Below are positions 40,302 to 51,880 of a stretch of 64,000 bases of DNA, piece by piece. The translations under genes were made by a program, and so were the position numbers. The DNA comes from Escherichia coli 042 (lineage in GTDB: Bacteria > Pseudomonadota > Gammaproteobacteria > Enterobacterales > Enterobacteriaceae): assembly GCF_000027125.1 (NCBI RefSeq), contig NC_017626.1, one strand, 5' to 3'. Under the pieces are notes generated by a model. The model ran no database searches, was not told where the DNA came from, and saw nothing but the letters and a program-made list of their open reading frames with translations. Position 1 is the stretch's first letter, and every line of letters starts with the position of its first letter.

Positions 40302-42674
40302 TTAAAATTTCATGCTGACATCAAGCCAGAAAGTACGGCCACTGGCGTAGGTCGCCACACCGGTATTCGTTGTATCAACCGCGGTTTTGCTATCCAGTAC
40401 ATTGAGAATATCGGCACTGATCGTCAGGTTTTGTTGTTTCAGAAATTGTGGCGTCCAGGACAAGCGGGTGTCCCAGGTCAGGCTGCTATCCAGTTTTTCG
40501 TCAACATACTGCTTGTAATCTGAATATTCGCTGATGTATTGCGCATTCGTCTTACCCAGGATAATGCGAGCTTTACGCGCTTCTTGCCAGGTCAGCGTAT
40601 TCGCCCACACCAACCCGCTCGGTTGATGCGTGAAATCCATGTTTAAGGAGATCTTTAGTGGATTATTAAAATCCGCCACTGGAACGCTATCGTAAGAGAC
40701 CAGATTACCGTTATAAACCACCCGGTTATCACCGGTATTGCTCTCCTCATAACCATTGTTTAACGACAAGTTGCCCTTGCTCTTGATATAGCTAAAGACA
40801 ATTTGCGGGTTAATATCTACCTGGCTGATATGCAGGGGTTCGGCCAGTTCAAAACTGAGGTTGAACGAATGCGTTTTGGTTTTGCCGTCGTTGTTATATT
40901 CAGTAATGGTGGTTTTAGTCGCGCTGTCGGTACGACTGCTTTTGCTGATTTGATCATGCGCTTCACGGTAAACATAGTTTGCGCGCGCAATAACGTTCTT
41001 ACCGATTTTTTGCTGCAATCCCATTGCCAGTTCATCGTTATAAGGCGTTTTCAAATCCTGATAACGCGTCAGGGTTTTATTGCCTGATACCGATTCCGTC
41101 CAGCTATTGCGGATATCACGTAATCCCATATCAAGAATATTCCCGCCATAGTAACGGTTATAACCGGCGGTAATCATTGAGGTTTGATCAGCAAAAATAT
41201 CCCATTCCGTCATAAAGCGCGGGGAGATATTGTGGTTTGACAGATAGTTGTCATAGTCATACCGCACGCCGGGCATTAATGACACATTACGCCAGCTAAT
41301 ACGATCCGCCATATACAGCGTGTAGTTGTCAATTCCCAGGCTGCCTTTACCTTTATGGTAAATGGTATGGTTAGTTTTCTTTCCGGCAGCATTAATCACA
41401 TAGGATTCAGACTGGTTATGGCGTTCAGTCCATGCATCGGAATAGATGTATTCCGCGCCGAAGTAGGGTTGATGCGAAACATTACCCACGGTGAATTTTT
41501 GCCAGTCCAGGCGTGTTTTGAAGGTGTAATTATCTACAGCCTGGGAAATGTGTCCTAATCCGCCACGGGTGCAACGCCCTGTAATATCACCATATGTACA
41601 TGAAAGTTCGGTGTACCAGATGTCATGATCGTGACGGGTATAATCACTAATATGATCCCAACCAACGGTGGTACGTAGTTTGGCCCATGCGAGCTGCGTA
41701 TCCATATCCCATGCCAGACCGTAGGATTTATTACCCATTTCGCGATCAGACTGCGGGAAGGTGCTGGTATTATAATCACGACTGGAGCCGGTATATTTTA
41801 ATGTTAAATCGTGGGTAAAGCGGTCGCTGGCAAACCAGGTAAATTTGCTCACTGCGGTATCGATAACGTTTTTATACTGTGCCCGACCGGCGACAATGCC
41901 GTCATTCGAAACATAATCCGCGCGGGTGATATCAGACTGGCGGCGCGATAAACCGGCGGTAACGCCGAAGTTATCAGCGAGTTCCTGATTAAACGCCAAA
42001 GTATAAAAGTTCTTTTTAAAATCTGGAGAGTAATAAGTACTTCCTGAAGAACCTTGATTAAATGCGCTCTTGTTATTCTCATCGATATGCGATGTTAACC
42101 AGTCCGAACGCGTAGTGCGATAACCCAGTTCCACGCTGCTATCATCAGCATTGAAGCGTTTGATCTTTGCATCAATTACCCCGCCATTGAAGCGACCAAA
42201 TTCAACCGGCACAAAACTGTCATAAAGCGTCACATTGTCCAGTAAGCTGACATCTAGATAATACCCCTGTGACATCCCGCTAATATTGGTTGCACTACTG
42301 GCATCGGACTCATTCGCTGGGTTCAGGTTATTAGTTGCACTAATACCATCAATCAAATAGGCATTCTGGTAGGGCGACGCACCGTGAATAGAGATTTTCT
42401 CCGGGCGAATATCTCCCTGGTTCAACGAGGTACTTTGCGTTGAATCCATGCGCACAGCAGGGTTGGTTCTCAGCAGATCGCTGATATTGCCATTCCCGGT
42501 CGGTAAACGCTCGATGCTTTCACTGGTGTAATGCGTATTGCCGTTTACGGGTACAGGGACAGGAGCATAGACCGTCATCTCTTCAAAAACATGCATGTAC
42601 ATGTTTTTGTCATCGACGGCCTGCGCCACATCAGCGCCACATAAAATGACGCCAGGAATAAGAACTCGCTTCAT
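40302..42674 (-). CDS. yddB: TonB-dependent outer-membrane receptor-like protein
   Basis: 790 aa with signal peptide, plug and beta-barrel character, C-terminal aromatic (…LDVSMKF). Confidence 0.9.
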   Translation of the reverse strand: MKRVLIPGVILCGADVAQAVDDKNMYMHVFEEMTVYAPVPVPVNGNTHYTSESIERLPTGNGNISDLLRTNPAVRMDSTQSTSLNQGDIRPEKISIHGASPYQNAYLIDGISATNNLNPANESDASSATNISGMSQGYYLDVSLLDNVTLYDSFVPVEFGRFNGGVIDAKIKRFNADDSSVELGYRTTRSDWLTSHIDENNKSAFNQGSSGSTYYSPDFKKNFYTLAFNQELADNFGVTAGLSRRQSDITRADYVSNDGIVAGRAQYKNVIDTAVSKFTWFASDRFTHDLTLKYTGSSRDYNTSTFPQSDREMGNKSYGLAWDMDTQLAWAKLRTTVGWDHISDYTRHDHDIWYTELSCTYGDITGRCTRGGLGHISQAVDNYTFKTRLDWQKFTVGNVSHQPYFGAEYIYSDAWTERHNQSESYVINAAGKKTNHTIYHKGKGSLGIDNYTLYMADRISWRNVSLMPGVRYDYDNYLSNHNISPRFMTEWDIFADQTSMITAGYNRYYGGNILDMGLRDIRNSWTESVSGNKTLTRYQDLKTPYNDELAMGLQQKIGKNVIARANYVYREAHDQISKSSRTDSATKTTITEYNNDGKTKTHSFNLSFELAEPLHISQVDINPQIVFSYIKSKGNLSLNNGYEESNTGDNRVVYNGNLVSYDSVPVADFNNPLKISLNMDFTHQPSGLVWANTLTWQEARKARIILGKTNAQYISEYSDYKQYVDEKLDSSLTWDTRLSWTPQFLKQQNLTISADILNVLDSKTAVDTTNTGVATYASGRTFWLDVSMKF

Positions 42675-42702
42675 TTATTTTTATCTCCGTACAGCAGGGC
42701 TT

Positions 42703-44397
42703 TTATTGTTTTTTTAAAACCGCGCTAATGTCACAAATATCATCGGCCAGGTTCCAGACACCGGGTTGATGTGTAACCATAATGACGCCGCTTGAGGGTA
42801 GTTTTTCACGCACTAAACGCAGTAAGCGGATAGCCTCTTGTTCCTCAAAATGAGAGGTAGTTTCGTCAAGAAATATCCATTTCGGACGTCGTAAAATTAA
42901 TCGTGCCAGCGCGATACGTTGTTTTTCGCCGCTGGAAAGAATATCGCCCCAGCGATCGTGGTCATGAATACGCGCAGCCAATTTCCCCAGACCAACCTGA
43001 TGCAGTACTTCGCTCAACGATTTATCGTCTACGGACAGGGGAAGTGCTTTACAAATTATCTCTTTCAGTAAGCCGGTTTTGATTAACGGTGTTTGTGACA
43101 CATACCAACTGTCAGCAGGAGAAGAAATATCACCTTTAAACCACGGCCAGCAGTGGGATAATGTTTTAAGCAGTGTGGTTTTTCCCGCACCTGAGTAACC
43201 TTTCAGTAATAGCCATTTGCCTGGCGAAACATGAAAGTTTAGGTTCTCTAATATGATCTTATTATCAGGAGTACGAATACTCGCGTCAGCCACTTGTACC
43301 GCATGTTGGCAATTTTTAGGCTTATTCGTAGGGCGCTGTTCGGTGAGTTGATGGAACTCATACAAGCGATCGATAACCGCAGCCAGTTCAGCAAGTTCAT
43401 CATATTTATAAATAAACCAGCTTAAATTGTTCGATACCAGCATAAATGCCTGGCGCGATTTCATCAGTCCGCCCAGATTGATCTGTCCGCTAATAAACTG
43501 CGGCAATAACAGAAAGTAGGGAAGAACGCTAAGCGAGCGCGAATAAATATTCTGCCAGTAATCAAGCCACCGCTGACGATTCATTAAACGATGCCAGTTA
43601 TCTTTAATGGTATGAAAATTGTCGCTCAACTCCTGGCGTTGTAGAGACTCAGCATTGCTTAGCGCAATCAGTTCAGCCTGCTTATTATGCTGCACAAGAT
43701 TAGTTCGAAATGTCGCTTCGCTACGTTGTTTTTCCACATTAAGCGGACGAATACGTTTACCAACCTTATGAGTAAATAAAGTTCCACCGATCACAATGAG
43801 CACGACGGTATAGACCATATACCCCTGGATATTCCATTCTGTTCCACCAACAGTGAATGAGAGCGTACCCGCGCTTTGCCAAAGAATAACGGTAAAGGTG
43901 ATCAACATGCTAAGTGACTGGATGAAGCCAAATGAAAGACTGAGCGTTTTGCTGATCAGTAAGAGAATGTCTTCAGCGATACGTTGGTCAGGGTTATCTG
44001 TATTTTTATGCTCACCGTAGATCTGCGTGAAGTAGTAGTTTTTATCTGCAAACCAGCGATTAAGGTAGTAATCTGTTAACCATTCGCGCCAGCGAATAGT
44101 CAGTAGTTTAATTAACCATGTTTTGTTTACGGATATTAATACAAAGATCCCCAGCAGGGCAGGGAACCAAAGGACAAGCTGCCAAAGCTTATCGGTTTCT
44201 TTCTGGCTTAGCGCATTGAAAAAATCATTATTCCAGTCGTTTAACCAGACCTGAATTTTAACCACGCCAAGGATCATGGCGAGGATAATAATGATTAACA
44301 GCACTGAAGTTTTATTATTCTTACGCAGCCAAAAGGGCTTCAGCAGACAGAGATACTTTGCTATCAACATACGAAACGTAATGGGAATGGTTATCAT
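42703..44397 (-). CDS. yddA: Inner-membrane ABC transporter (fused TMD-NBD)
   Basis: 564 aa; N-terminal TM helices, C-terminal NBD with Walker A GYSGAGKTT and signature SSGEKQR; first gene of the yddA-yddB-pqqL cluster. Confidence 0.9.
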   Translation of the reverse strand: MITIPITFRMLIAKYLCLLKPFWLRKNNKTSVLLIIIILAMILGVVKIQVWLNDWNNDFFNALSQKETDKLWQLVLWFPALLGIFVLISVNKTWLIKLLTIRWREWLTDYYLNRWFADKNYYFTQIYGEHKNTDNPDQRIAEDILLLISKTLSLSFGFIQSLSMLITFTVILWQSAGTLSFTVGGTEWNIQGYMVYTVVLIVIGGTLFTHKVGKRIRPLNVEKQRSEATFRTNLVQHNKQAELIALSNAESLQRQELSDNFHTIKDNWHRLMNRQRWLDYWQNIYSRSLSVLPYFLLLPQFISGQINLGGLMKSRQAFMLVSNNLSWFIYKYDELAELAAVIDRLYEFHQLTEQRPTNKPKNCQHAVQVADASIRTPDNKIILENLNFHVSPGKWLLLKGYSGAGKTTLLKTLSHCWPWFKGDISSPADSWYVSQTPLIKTGLLKEIICKALPLSVDDKSLSEVLHQVGLGKLAARIHDHDRWGDILSSGEKQRIALARLILRRPKWIFLDETTSHFEEQEAIRLLRLVREKLPSSGVIMVTHQPGVWNLADDICDISAVLKKQ

Positions 44398-44420
44398 TAG
44401 CGAAAATTGATTGTGCCATC

Positions 44421-44447
44421 CAATGATTATCTATGGCAATGATTTAC
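44421..44447. promoter_or_regulatory. Candidate Fur box upstream of yddA
   Basis: CAATGATTATCTATGGCAATGATTTAC contains AATGATTATC, 9/10 to the Fur hexamer-repeat core; within 50 bp of the yddA start. Confidence 0.35.
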
Positions 44448-44516
44448 TGATGAAATTTATTTAAGTGTCATTTAACATTTTGAAATATAAAGAAATTTTT
44501 TATTTTCAATGGTTAC

Positions 44517-44538
44517 GATTATGCTATTGATAATCAAG
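44517..44538. promoter_or_regulatory. Second candidate Fur box upstream of yddA
   Basis: GATTATGCTATTGATAATCAAG contains TGATAATCA, matching the Fur core. Confidence 0.3.
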
Positions 44539-44687
44539 GGTATTGCTAATGCCCTGACGCATGCCACGTAAGCCAGAATTTTCGCAAGGGAAGATGATGA
44601 TGACGAAACACCCAACAGGAATTTATGTCGGGTGCTTTGTTAAGGTCATAAGACGGAGGCTAAGACTGGAGCAAAGAAGGAGCGTTA

Positions 44688-45845
44688 TTAATTATTCTCC
44701 ATTTGTTTTGCAACATCCATAATGTGGTAAAGCGGTACTCTGTTCTTGGCTAACTCCACCATGGCGTTCATATAAGGTACCATGGTTGAAAAAAGGATTT
44801 TATAACCTTCGCAAAAATAGGAAACAGTCTCATTGTTTACTTTAGTAATACGATGCTTAGGGCAACCGCCATTGCAGATAGGTTTATATGCACATTGCTG
44901 ACATTTCGCTGAAATCCGTTTTTTTTGCGCTGTCAGTTGTACACTGTTCATCGTTTTAAGTTCAGATTTATTAATGTTTCCAATTTTGTACTGTGGATAG
45001 ACAAAATGGTCGCATTCGTAAATGTCTCCATTACTTTCAACAACCAGATTATCCTTGCAGGACTCCTGGAAAATACAACTGGTATGCCCATTCCCCAAAA
45101 AACGGCTGACAAAACTTTCAAACTGACGGATGAAAATTTCACCCACATCGTTTTTAACCCATTGCATAAAAATGGTCGACATAAACTTGCCATAAGCCGT
45201 AGGAGGCACAGAAAAATCAATGATACGGAATGTGTTCTCACTATGACCACTGAAATCAATATTCGGCGTCCCGGTTTCGAGCAATTCGATAAATTGCATA
45301 TGTTTACTGCCGATAGATTTTAAAAAATGATAAACCTCAAGAGGGTAATGGACATTAACGTTATTAATGACGGTTAACGTATTAAACTCTACTTGATATG
45401 ATTTCAGACGCTCGATGGCTGCTATCACTTTTGCAAAAGTACCGTTACCAGAATTACTGCGTCTGTAACGGTCATGTAGCTCCTGGGGTCCATCGATCGA
45501 GATACCAACCAGAAACTCATGTTCTTTGAGAAAGGCACACCATTCATTATTCAATAAAATGCCATTCGTTTGTAATGCATTAAAAATACGTTTTTGGCCT
45601 GCATAGCGTTGTTGATAGTGAATAACTTTACGGAAAAAATCCAGACCAGCCAGAGTGGGTTCACCGCCTTGCCACGTAAAATAGACCTGATTGCCAGACG
45701 CTGCGATATATTGTTTGATGAACTCTTTCAGAGTGCTGTCATCCATCCATTTTTCATGAGTAAACTGCGACTCTTTTTCAAGGTAAAAACAGTAATCACA
45801 TTTGAGATTACATTGAAAACTGGAGGGCTTGGCTGTAACGTGCAT
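44688..45845 (-). CDS. ydeM: Radical-SAM anaerobic sulfatase-maturating enzyme homologue
   Basis: Start at ATG 45843-45845 ([21 protein letters not shown]); CxxxCxxC radical-SAM cluster plus C-terminal Cys-rich SPASM-like region. Confidence 0.9.
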   Translation of the reverse strand: MHVTAKPSSFQCNLKCDYCFYLEKESQFTHEKWMDDSTLKEFIKQYIAASGNQVYFTWQGGEPTLAGLDFFRKVIHYQQRYAGQKRIFNALQTNGILLNNEWCAFLKEHEFLVGISIDGPQELHDRYRRSNSGNGTFAKVIAAIERLKSYQVEFNTLTVINNVNVHYPLEVYHFLKSIGSKHMQFIELLETGTPNIDFSGHSENTFRIIDFSVPPTAYGKFMSTIFMQWVKNDVGEIFIRQFESFVSRFLGNGHTSCIFQESCKDNLVVESNGDIYECDHFVYPQYKIGNINKSELKTMNSVQLTAQKKRISAKCQQCAYKPICNGGCPKHRITKVNNETVSYFCEGYKILFSTMVPYMNAMVELAKNRVPLYHIMDVAKQMENN

Positions 45846-45896
45846 CGCTATCTCGCTCAATAAGGCGGCGGAAAAATCCGCCGCATGAAGGTTTAG

Positions 45897-47579
45897 TTAT
45901 TTCGCTTCGCTTAGTGCTTTCTTGATATTGTTAAACTTCTCCTGATTTACCTCGCTAAGCGGTGGCTGGCTGCTGTCGATAAACTCTCTTACCACGCCTT
46001 GCATCTCTTTAACGACCTGTGGATTGGCGGCGGCAAGGTTATCTTTTTGCTGTAGATCCGTCAGTTTGTATAGACCTAACTGATTGTTTTCTACTGTATA
46101 GACAAGCGAATAATCGTTATTTCTCACCGTATAAGAGAATTGGCTTAAGTCCTCGGTATTGGGGTTATGCGGGTAATCGTCTGACTGATGGCGGACAAAT
46201 TTGTGGTAATTATCCCAGAATGGAATATTTTCCTCGTCAAACCAGTGAGAATAAGAGGTTATCCAGGTCAGATTTTTATGTGGCTCGCCTTGTTTCTTAT
46301 CTTGCAACCACGGCAGCAAGGAAACGCCATCCAGCTTAAGGTCTTTTGGAATGCTGATATCGGCTGCATCAAGAGCTGTCGGGTAGAAATCCATTGCGGA
46401 AATCAGCTTGTCATAATTACCTGGTTGAAGTTTTCCTTTCCACCACATAAACATTGGGGTGTGAGTACCGCCAGGATAAGTCTGACTCTTATAGCCTTTT
46501 TGCGCCCCGTTCAGCGGCAGAGGACCATCGATAACCGCACCATTATCGGAGGTAAAGAGAATAATAGTATTGTCATACTGTCCGTTTTTCTTCAGTTGTT
46601 CGAGAATGCGTTTTACACCCTGATCAACAGAATAAACGGAAGCGTAGTAGTTATCTGCTGTTTGACTACCGGTATTAAATTGCTTCTGATATTGCTCCGG
46701 TGCAGGATTATCATTTGGCAGGTGCGGAGCATTATAAGCCAGGTAAAGCATAAAAGGCTGGTCAAGTGTTTTGGCACGATCAACAACGCCAATTGCCTCA
46801 TCGGTTAACTGATCGCTGATATAACCTTTTGCGGGGACGCGTTCACGATTTTTGAACAGTGAAGGGGAGTTGTAATATGCCGTTCCTGCAGCGTGGAATC
46901 CCATAAAGTAATCAAAGCCACGGTTTTGAGGTTGCCATTCTTCCGCAGAAAATGTGGTGAAGTTGTCATGATAGTCACGCGTTTGTTTATCTTCCGGTAC
47001 TGGCACATTACTGATTTTTGACAAGTGCCATTTACCTACTGCTGCAGTGTAATAACCATGATTCTGGAATAATTCAGGCAAGAAAGTTTCTGTTAGCGGA
47101 ATACCATCCTGAGCATCGGTATTGGAATAGACACCAAAGCGGGCGGGCGCTCGACCGGTCATTATTGCGGCGCGGGAGGGGCCGGAAACACCGTGCGCCA
47201 CATAGCCGTTAGTAAAACGTACGCCTTCATCCATTAATGAAAGGAGCGTCGGCGTTGATTTTTGCGCAGCTTCAATGGCTTTATCTATCCCTATTTTGTA
47301 GGTATCGACAACTTCACGATTTTCCATTGTTTTTGGGTCAAAAGATTCCTTATCAAAAGGAAGTTGTCCATAACCAAGATCATCCATGGTCAGTACGATA
47401 ATATTTGGCTTTCCTTTGGTACTGTATTCAGTCGGCGTAAAGTCTGAGAAAGCAACGTTTGTTTTGGTTGCTTTCAGCTTTACATCATCTGCCGCATGAG
47501 CAGCAAATGCAGCCATACCAGATGCCAGTATCAAAGATATCGAGGTACTTACGACACTTTTCTTTAATGCAGACTTCAT
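45897..47579 (-). CDS. ydeN: Periplasmic sulfatase (arylsulfatase family)
   Basis: Start at ATG 47577-47579 (MKSALKKSVVSTSISLILASGMAAFAAHA) with GAGGAA RBS; 560 aa; GVSGPSRAAIMTGR active-site segment with Ser in the modified position. Confidence 0.9.
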   Translation of the reverse strand: MKSALKKSVVSTSISLILASGMAAFAAHAADDVKLKATKTNVAFSDFTPTEYSTKGKPNIIVLTMDDLGYGQLPFDKESFDPKTMENREVVDTYKIGIDKAIEAAQKSTPTLLSLMDEGVRFTNGYVAHGVSGPSRAAIMTGRAPARFGVYSNTDAQDGIPLTETFLPELFQNHGYYTAAVGKWHLSKISNVPVPEDKQTRDYHDNFTTFSAEEWQPQNRGFDYFMGFHAAGTAYYNSPSLFKNRERVPAKGYISDQLTDEAIGVVDRAKTLDQPFMLYLAYNAPHLPNDNPAPEQYQKQFNTGSQTADNYYASVYSVDQGVKRILEQLKKNGQYDNTIILFTSDNGAVIDGPLPLNGAQKGYKSQTYPGGTHTPMFMWWKGKLQPGNYDKLISAMDFYPTALDAADISIPKDLKLDGVSLLPWLQDKKQGEPHKNLTWITSYSHWFDEENIPFWDNYHKFVRHQSDDYPHNPNTEDLSQFSYTVRNNDYSLVYTVENNQLGLYKLTDLQQKDNLAAANPQVVKEMQGVVREFIDSSQPPLSEVNQEKFNNIKKALSEAK

Positions 47580-47981
47580 AAATGTTCCTCTTCTTATTGT
47601 ACTTAATTCCAAAGTAATTTTACGAAGAGAAATAAGTGAATGTAAGTGAAGTTAGTCACATAAAGAGATAGCAGATTTAGCTAAAAAAAGGGAAATAACA
47701 GTCCATGAAGCGTTGACATTACTTTCTATTCTACTAAGTAATTTCTCGACGATAAACAACTAATCTATTGATATTTAATAAATTATTGTATTTTACTGAC
47801 AAAATGCCGAATTGAGATCATAAATAATCATGCAACAGGTTATGCAAATGCATAAATATGTGATGAATGTCACTTATTTATTTCAATAAATATATCGCCT
47901 AAAAACAACGCGGGGCAGGGAATGGCTGCCCCATTTTAATTTTTACGTAGGGTGCGTGGTTGACTACTCGTTAGCAAATAA

Positions 47982-48743
47982 TCAAATAGCTAAAGCATTC
48001 ATCGTGTTGCCCTTATTCATACCCGTGTGCCTTTGACAACGGTACTCCTTAGAAACTCTCTTTGGACTGTTGCCAAAATGTTTGCGGAACGCATAAATAA
48101 AATAAGATGTACTCGCATAACCACATTGTTCGGCAATTTTATTGACTGAACCTTCTACGCGTATCAAATTTTTTGCGTGCTGCATTCTGGCATCTAAAAG
48201 AATCTGTGAGAATGTCGTTTGCTCTTGCTTTAGTTTTTTCTTCAACAGGCTTTCACTAATGTACAGGCAGTCACAAATATCTTTCAGCTTCCATGGGTGC
48301 GCCAGCTTCATGTTGACAATATTTCTAACTTTCCCAGAAACGGATAGCACACCGTTAGTTAATAGTGTAATGAAACCTTTGCATGCGGCAAAAATAGACA
48401 GGCAAGAAAAAAGCAAAAGTTCTGAAAAATTATGATGATTGCGTTCTTCCGAGTTGAGATAAGCAATCATTTCATTAAGCAATCCAGTCGGTACATTTGA
48501 AGCACGTAAAAACTTCGCAGGAACAGGCACCGTCACTGTCTGGATGTTAGTGCATTGTAGATATTTTTTAATGGTATTTTCATTAAATCCGATTTCTTTG
48601 AAATGCCGCTCATAAGGTTCAAAATGCGTACGAACAGCGTTATCTACCATCAGGATCTCGCCGTCAGAGAAGGCGTAATCTTTATCTAAAATGTTAGCGT
48701 TGAAGGCATGATGAATAAATATAACAGAACAAACGAGCGACAT
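47982..48743 (-). CDS. ydeO: AraC-family acid-resistance regulator
   Basis: 253 aa with C-terminal AraC HTH (…QCGYASTSYFIYAFRKHFGNSPKR); downstream of safA. Confidence 0.9.
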   Translation of the reverse strand: MSLVCSVIFIHHAFNANILDKDYAFSDGEILMVDNAVRTHFEPYERHFKEIGFNENTIKKYLQCTNIQTVTVPVPAKFLRASNVPTGLLNEMIAYLNSEERNHHNFSELLLFSCLSIFAACKGFITLLTNGVLSVSGKVRNIVNMKLAHPWKLKDICDCLYISESLLKKKLKQEQTTFSQILLDARMQHAKNLIRVEGSVNKIAEQCGYASTSYFIYAFRKHFGNSPKRVSKEYRCQRHTGMNKGNTMNALAI

Positions 48744-48817
48744 TTTATCTCCTTAAAACAATAAAGTTTTTATCGATACTTTTTTAACATTTCACATTTA
48801 TAATTTGCTGTTTATTT

Positions 48818-49015
48818 TCAGTCTTGCAAACTATTGATAATGAAATGTGTAAGATCCCTTGCAATGCGACCCATTTCTGAAATACCCAGCTGATCAATTG
48901 CCGAAAACATGGCTATCAACGTAAGTGTCAGTAATAAGACAACCACAATTACAGACATGATTTCTTTATAGTTGTCTCTTTGCGTGATTTTGTTTTTCAC
49001 TGTGGTCGCATGCAT
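48818..49015 (-). CDS. safA: Small membrane protein linking EvgS/EvgA to PhoQ
   Basis: 65 aa, MHATTVKNKITQRDNYKEIMSVIVVVLLLTLTLIAMFSAIDQ, single TM helix. Confidence 0.85.
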   Translation of the reverse strand: MHATTVKNKITQRDNYKEIMSVIVVVLLLTLTLIAMFSAIDQLGISEMGRIARDLTHFIINSLQD

Positions 49016-49126
49016 TTCAAATATGTTTATTTAGCGGATAACGTTAAAAATCGTTAATCAGTATGCTTAATATAACAGGCTGGAGAATAGAGGAAATAGG
49101 ACTGGCGCTTCAGTACTGAGCGGAGT

Positions 49127-49142
49127 TTCTTACAGCTGTAGG
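49127..49142. promoter_or_regulatory. Candidate EvgA box upstream of safA
   Basis: TTCTTACAGCTGTAGG, an imperfect inverted repeat within a longer block shared with the ydeP upstream region; 112 bp upstream of the safA start. Confidence 0.5.
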
Positions 49143-49262
49143 CGGAGGTATATATCTTATAACGAGCAGTTTAATTTAGCACATGTGAGTAAATTGCGCG
49201 ACAATGGTCAATGAGGAATTCTTCTGCTGTGCGGATGACAGCAGAAGAAATGAGGAGGCGAA

Positions 49263-51542
49263 TTAATTTGATGGTTCTAATTCAACCGGAATACTTTTAT
49301 AGCCAGGAATGCCACTTAATGGATCGTGGTTATCAAGTGTTAGCATGTGATTCGATTCTGGAAAATAGGTCACCAGTGAGCGGTCAGCCATAGGGTAAAT
49401 GACCACTTTTAATCTATCCATGCGGCGTGAGCTTCGCTTACCGTCTGGCGTAAGCGCAATAAGATTAACTCTTTCGCCGTTTTTTACACGGCAAATTTTA
49501 GCTTGTTTAGCACTCATAAAGACCACATCTCGTTGACCGAATACCCCTCGATAGCGATCATCCATACCATAAATCGTCGTGTTGTACTGATCGTGACTGC
49601 GTACTGTCGCCATGACTAGCTTACTGTTAAACGCTGAAGAGGGATCTTCTAACAGCCCTTTACTGGTAATGAAATTAGCCTTACCTGACGGCGTCATCCA
49701 GCGCCTTTCAGCAGCTGCATTTATCAGGTGAAAACCACCGGGATGACGGATGCGCTGGTTATAGTCGGCGAACTCTGGCAGCACAGCTTCAATGTCATTG
49801 CGAATGCGATCATAATCTTCCACCAGATACTCCCAGGCTACCACGCTCTGGGGTAGTGCAGCCTGCGCGATTCCCGCGACCACTGCACACTCTGATTTCA
49901 GCATTACACCGGCGGGTTTTAACACGCCACGCGAGGCATGAATCATCGACATTGAATCCTCAACGGTTACCGCCTGCGCACCACTTTTTTGCATGTCAAT
50001 CTCGCTACGTCCCAGAACCGGCAGAATATAGCTATGCTGTGCGGTCAGCAGATGAGAGCGGTTAAGCTTAGTGGCTACGTGTACCGCCAAATCTAATTGC
50101 GTTAACGGTACAGCGCTCGCTTCCCGATCTGGCATTGCCAGTGCAAAGTTGCCCCCCATGCAGATCAATGCTCGAGCCTGCCCCGTACATATTGCTTGCA
50201 TGCTGGCAATTGCAGCATGTCCAGGTGCATGAGGTGGGGTGAAACCATAGCGCTCACCCAGGCGAGCCAGAAACTCTGCAGACGGTTTCTCGGTGATACC
50301 GACGGTTCGGTCGCCCTGTACATTAGAGTGACCACGTAGTGGGCAGATACCTGCACCAGGCTTGCCAATGTTACCTTTCATCAACAGCAGATTGACCAGT
50401 TGCTGTACGTTTTGGGTACCATGTTCGTGCTGAGTGATCCCCATTCCGTAACAGATAATGGTGCGTTCGGCAGCGGCATATGCATCAGCCAGTTCGGCGA
50501 TTTGGGTCTGACTTAGTCCAGAAATACGTTCGATATCTTTCCACTCGGAATTGAGAACGTCACGGCGTAGCTCGTCAAAGCCGACGGTATGCGTTTGAAT
50601 AAATTCGTCATCCAGCAATGAGGGCCGACCTGCGGCGCTTGCAGCATCATCGCGCTCAATTAACAGGCGCATCATCCCCTTGAGCAACGCCATATCGCCA
50701 CCAATGCGCACGTTATAGTAGGCACTGGCCAACTGAGTCTCAGAGTTCGTCAGCATTTCAAACGGATTTTGCGGTGCGGTAAATCGCTCCAGGCCACGTT
50801 CCTGTAGAGGGTTGATGGCGATCATTTTCGCTCCCCGTTTCACTAAAGCGCGCAACGAAGTCAGCATGCGAGGGTGGTTTGTACCAGGGTTATGCCCAAT
50901 GCAAATGACTAAATCGCATTTCTCAAAGTCTTCCAGCAACACGGTGCCTTTACCCACACCGATACTCGCTGCCAAACCCACGCTGGTCGGTTCATGGCAC
51001 ATGTTGGAACAGTCGGGAAAGTTATTGCTCCCGTATTCACGGGCAAAAAGCTGATAAAGAAAGGCAGCTTCATTGGAAGTGCGCCCCGAAGTATAGAATT
51101 CAACCTGATTGGGATCACTATAGCTTTGAAGGCGTGCGCCTATTTCGTCGAAAGCTTGTTGCCAGCTTAATGGCTTGTAACAGTCGCTGACGGCATCATA
51201 TTTCAAAGGCTGAGTGAGACGCCCCGCAGCTTCAAGCTCGTGATCTCCCCAGGTAAGTAATGATTGAACCGTATTCTCAGCAAAGAAAGAGGCATTTACC
51301 TGCTTATCCGTGACTTCCCAGGCGATTGCTTTTGCGCCGTTTTCACAAATGTCGAATGACGCACTGTGCTTAGGATCTGGCCATGCACATCCAGGACAGT
51401 CAAAGCCCTCTGGCTTATTCATGTCAAACATGGCAATAACATCCTGGCGTATATCCATCTGCTTACGTACTGCATTCGCTACGGATTTAACAGCACCCCA
51501 ACCACCGGCAGCACCCTGGTAGGATTCAATTTTTTTCTTCAT
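49263..51542 (-). CDS. ydeP: Molybdopterin oxidoreductase family protein (FdhF-like), acid-resistance associated
   Basis: 759 aa, [20 protein letters not shown]; N-terminal Cys cluster (CPGCAW) and molybdopterin-binding domains. Confidence 0.9.
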   Translation of the reverse strand: MKKKIESYQGAAGGWGAVKSVANAVRKQMDIRQDVIAMFDMNKPEGFDCPGCAWPDPKHSASFDICENGAKAIAWEVTDKQVNASFFAENTVQSLLTWGDHELEAAGRLTQPLKYDAVSDCYKPLSWQQAFDEIGARLQSYSDPNQVEFYTSGRTSNEAAFLYQLFAREYGSNNFPDCSNMCHEPTSVGLAASIGVGKGTVLLEDFEKCDLVICIGHNPGTNHPRMLTSLRALVKRGAKMIAINPLQERGLERFTAPQNPFEMLTNSETQLASAYYNVRIGGDMALLKGMMRLLIERDDAASAAGRPSLLDDEFIQTHTVGFDELRRDVLNSEWKDIERISGLSQTQIAELADAYAAAERTIICYGMGITQHEHGTQNVQQLVNLLLMKGNIGKPGAGICPLRGHSNVQGDRTVGITEKPSAEFLARLGERYGFTPPHAPGHAAIASMQAICTGQARALICMGGNFALAMPDREASAVPLTQLDLAVHVATKLNRSHLLTAQHSYILPVLGRSEIDMQKSGAQAVTVEDSMSMIHASRGVLKPAGVMLKSECAVVAGIAQAALPQSVVAWEYLVEDYDRIRNDIEAVLPEFADYNQRIRHPGGFHLINAAAERRWMTPSGKANFITSKGLLEDPSSAFNSKLVMATVRSHDQYNTTIYGMDDRYRGVFGQRDVVFMSAKQAKICRVKNGERVNLIALTPDGKRSSRRMDRLKVVIYPMADRSLVTYFPESNHMLTLDNHDPLSGIPGYKSIPVELEPSN

Positions 51543-51790
51543 CTGCTTATCCTGTGTGGAAATGAATTATTAGGATTTGTAATAGCGATGATGCACAGTA
51601 TATACAAAGGGATTATCGTCAATATGGATATATAAGAGTAGGGGACTACTCTCTATCTATTTTTAACCTATTATCGTTAAATAATAGAATGGTATAAATA
51701 CGATAAGTTAAGCATCATCTCTCATAGTGTTTAAATTAACATATTTTTCAATATAAAAAATAAGACTCTGGCTTCAATTGTGCGCGGATT

Positions 51791-51806
51791 TTCTTACAGG
51801 TGTAGG
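51791..51806. promoter_or_regulatory. Candidate EvgA box upstream of ydeP
   Basis: TTCTTACAGGTGTAGG, same motif as upstream of safA, with conserved flanks (GCGGAtTTTCTTACAGgTGTAGG). Confidence 0.5.
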
Positions 51807-51880
51807 ATAATAGCCTTCACAAAATAATTATCCGCGCAATTTCCGTGAATGGAGCGCATAGACTAAGATCAAAATCACAA

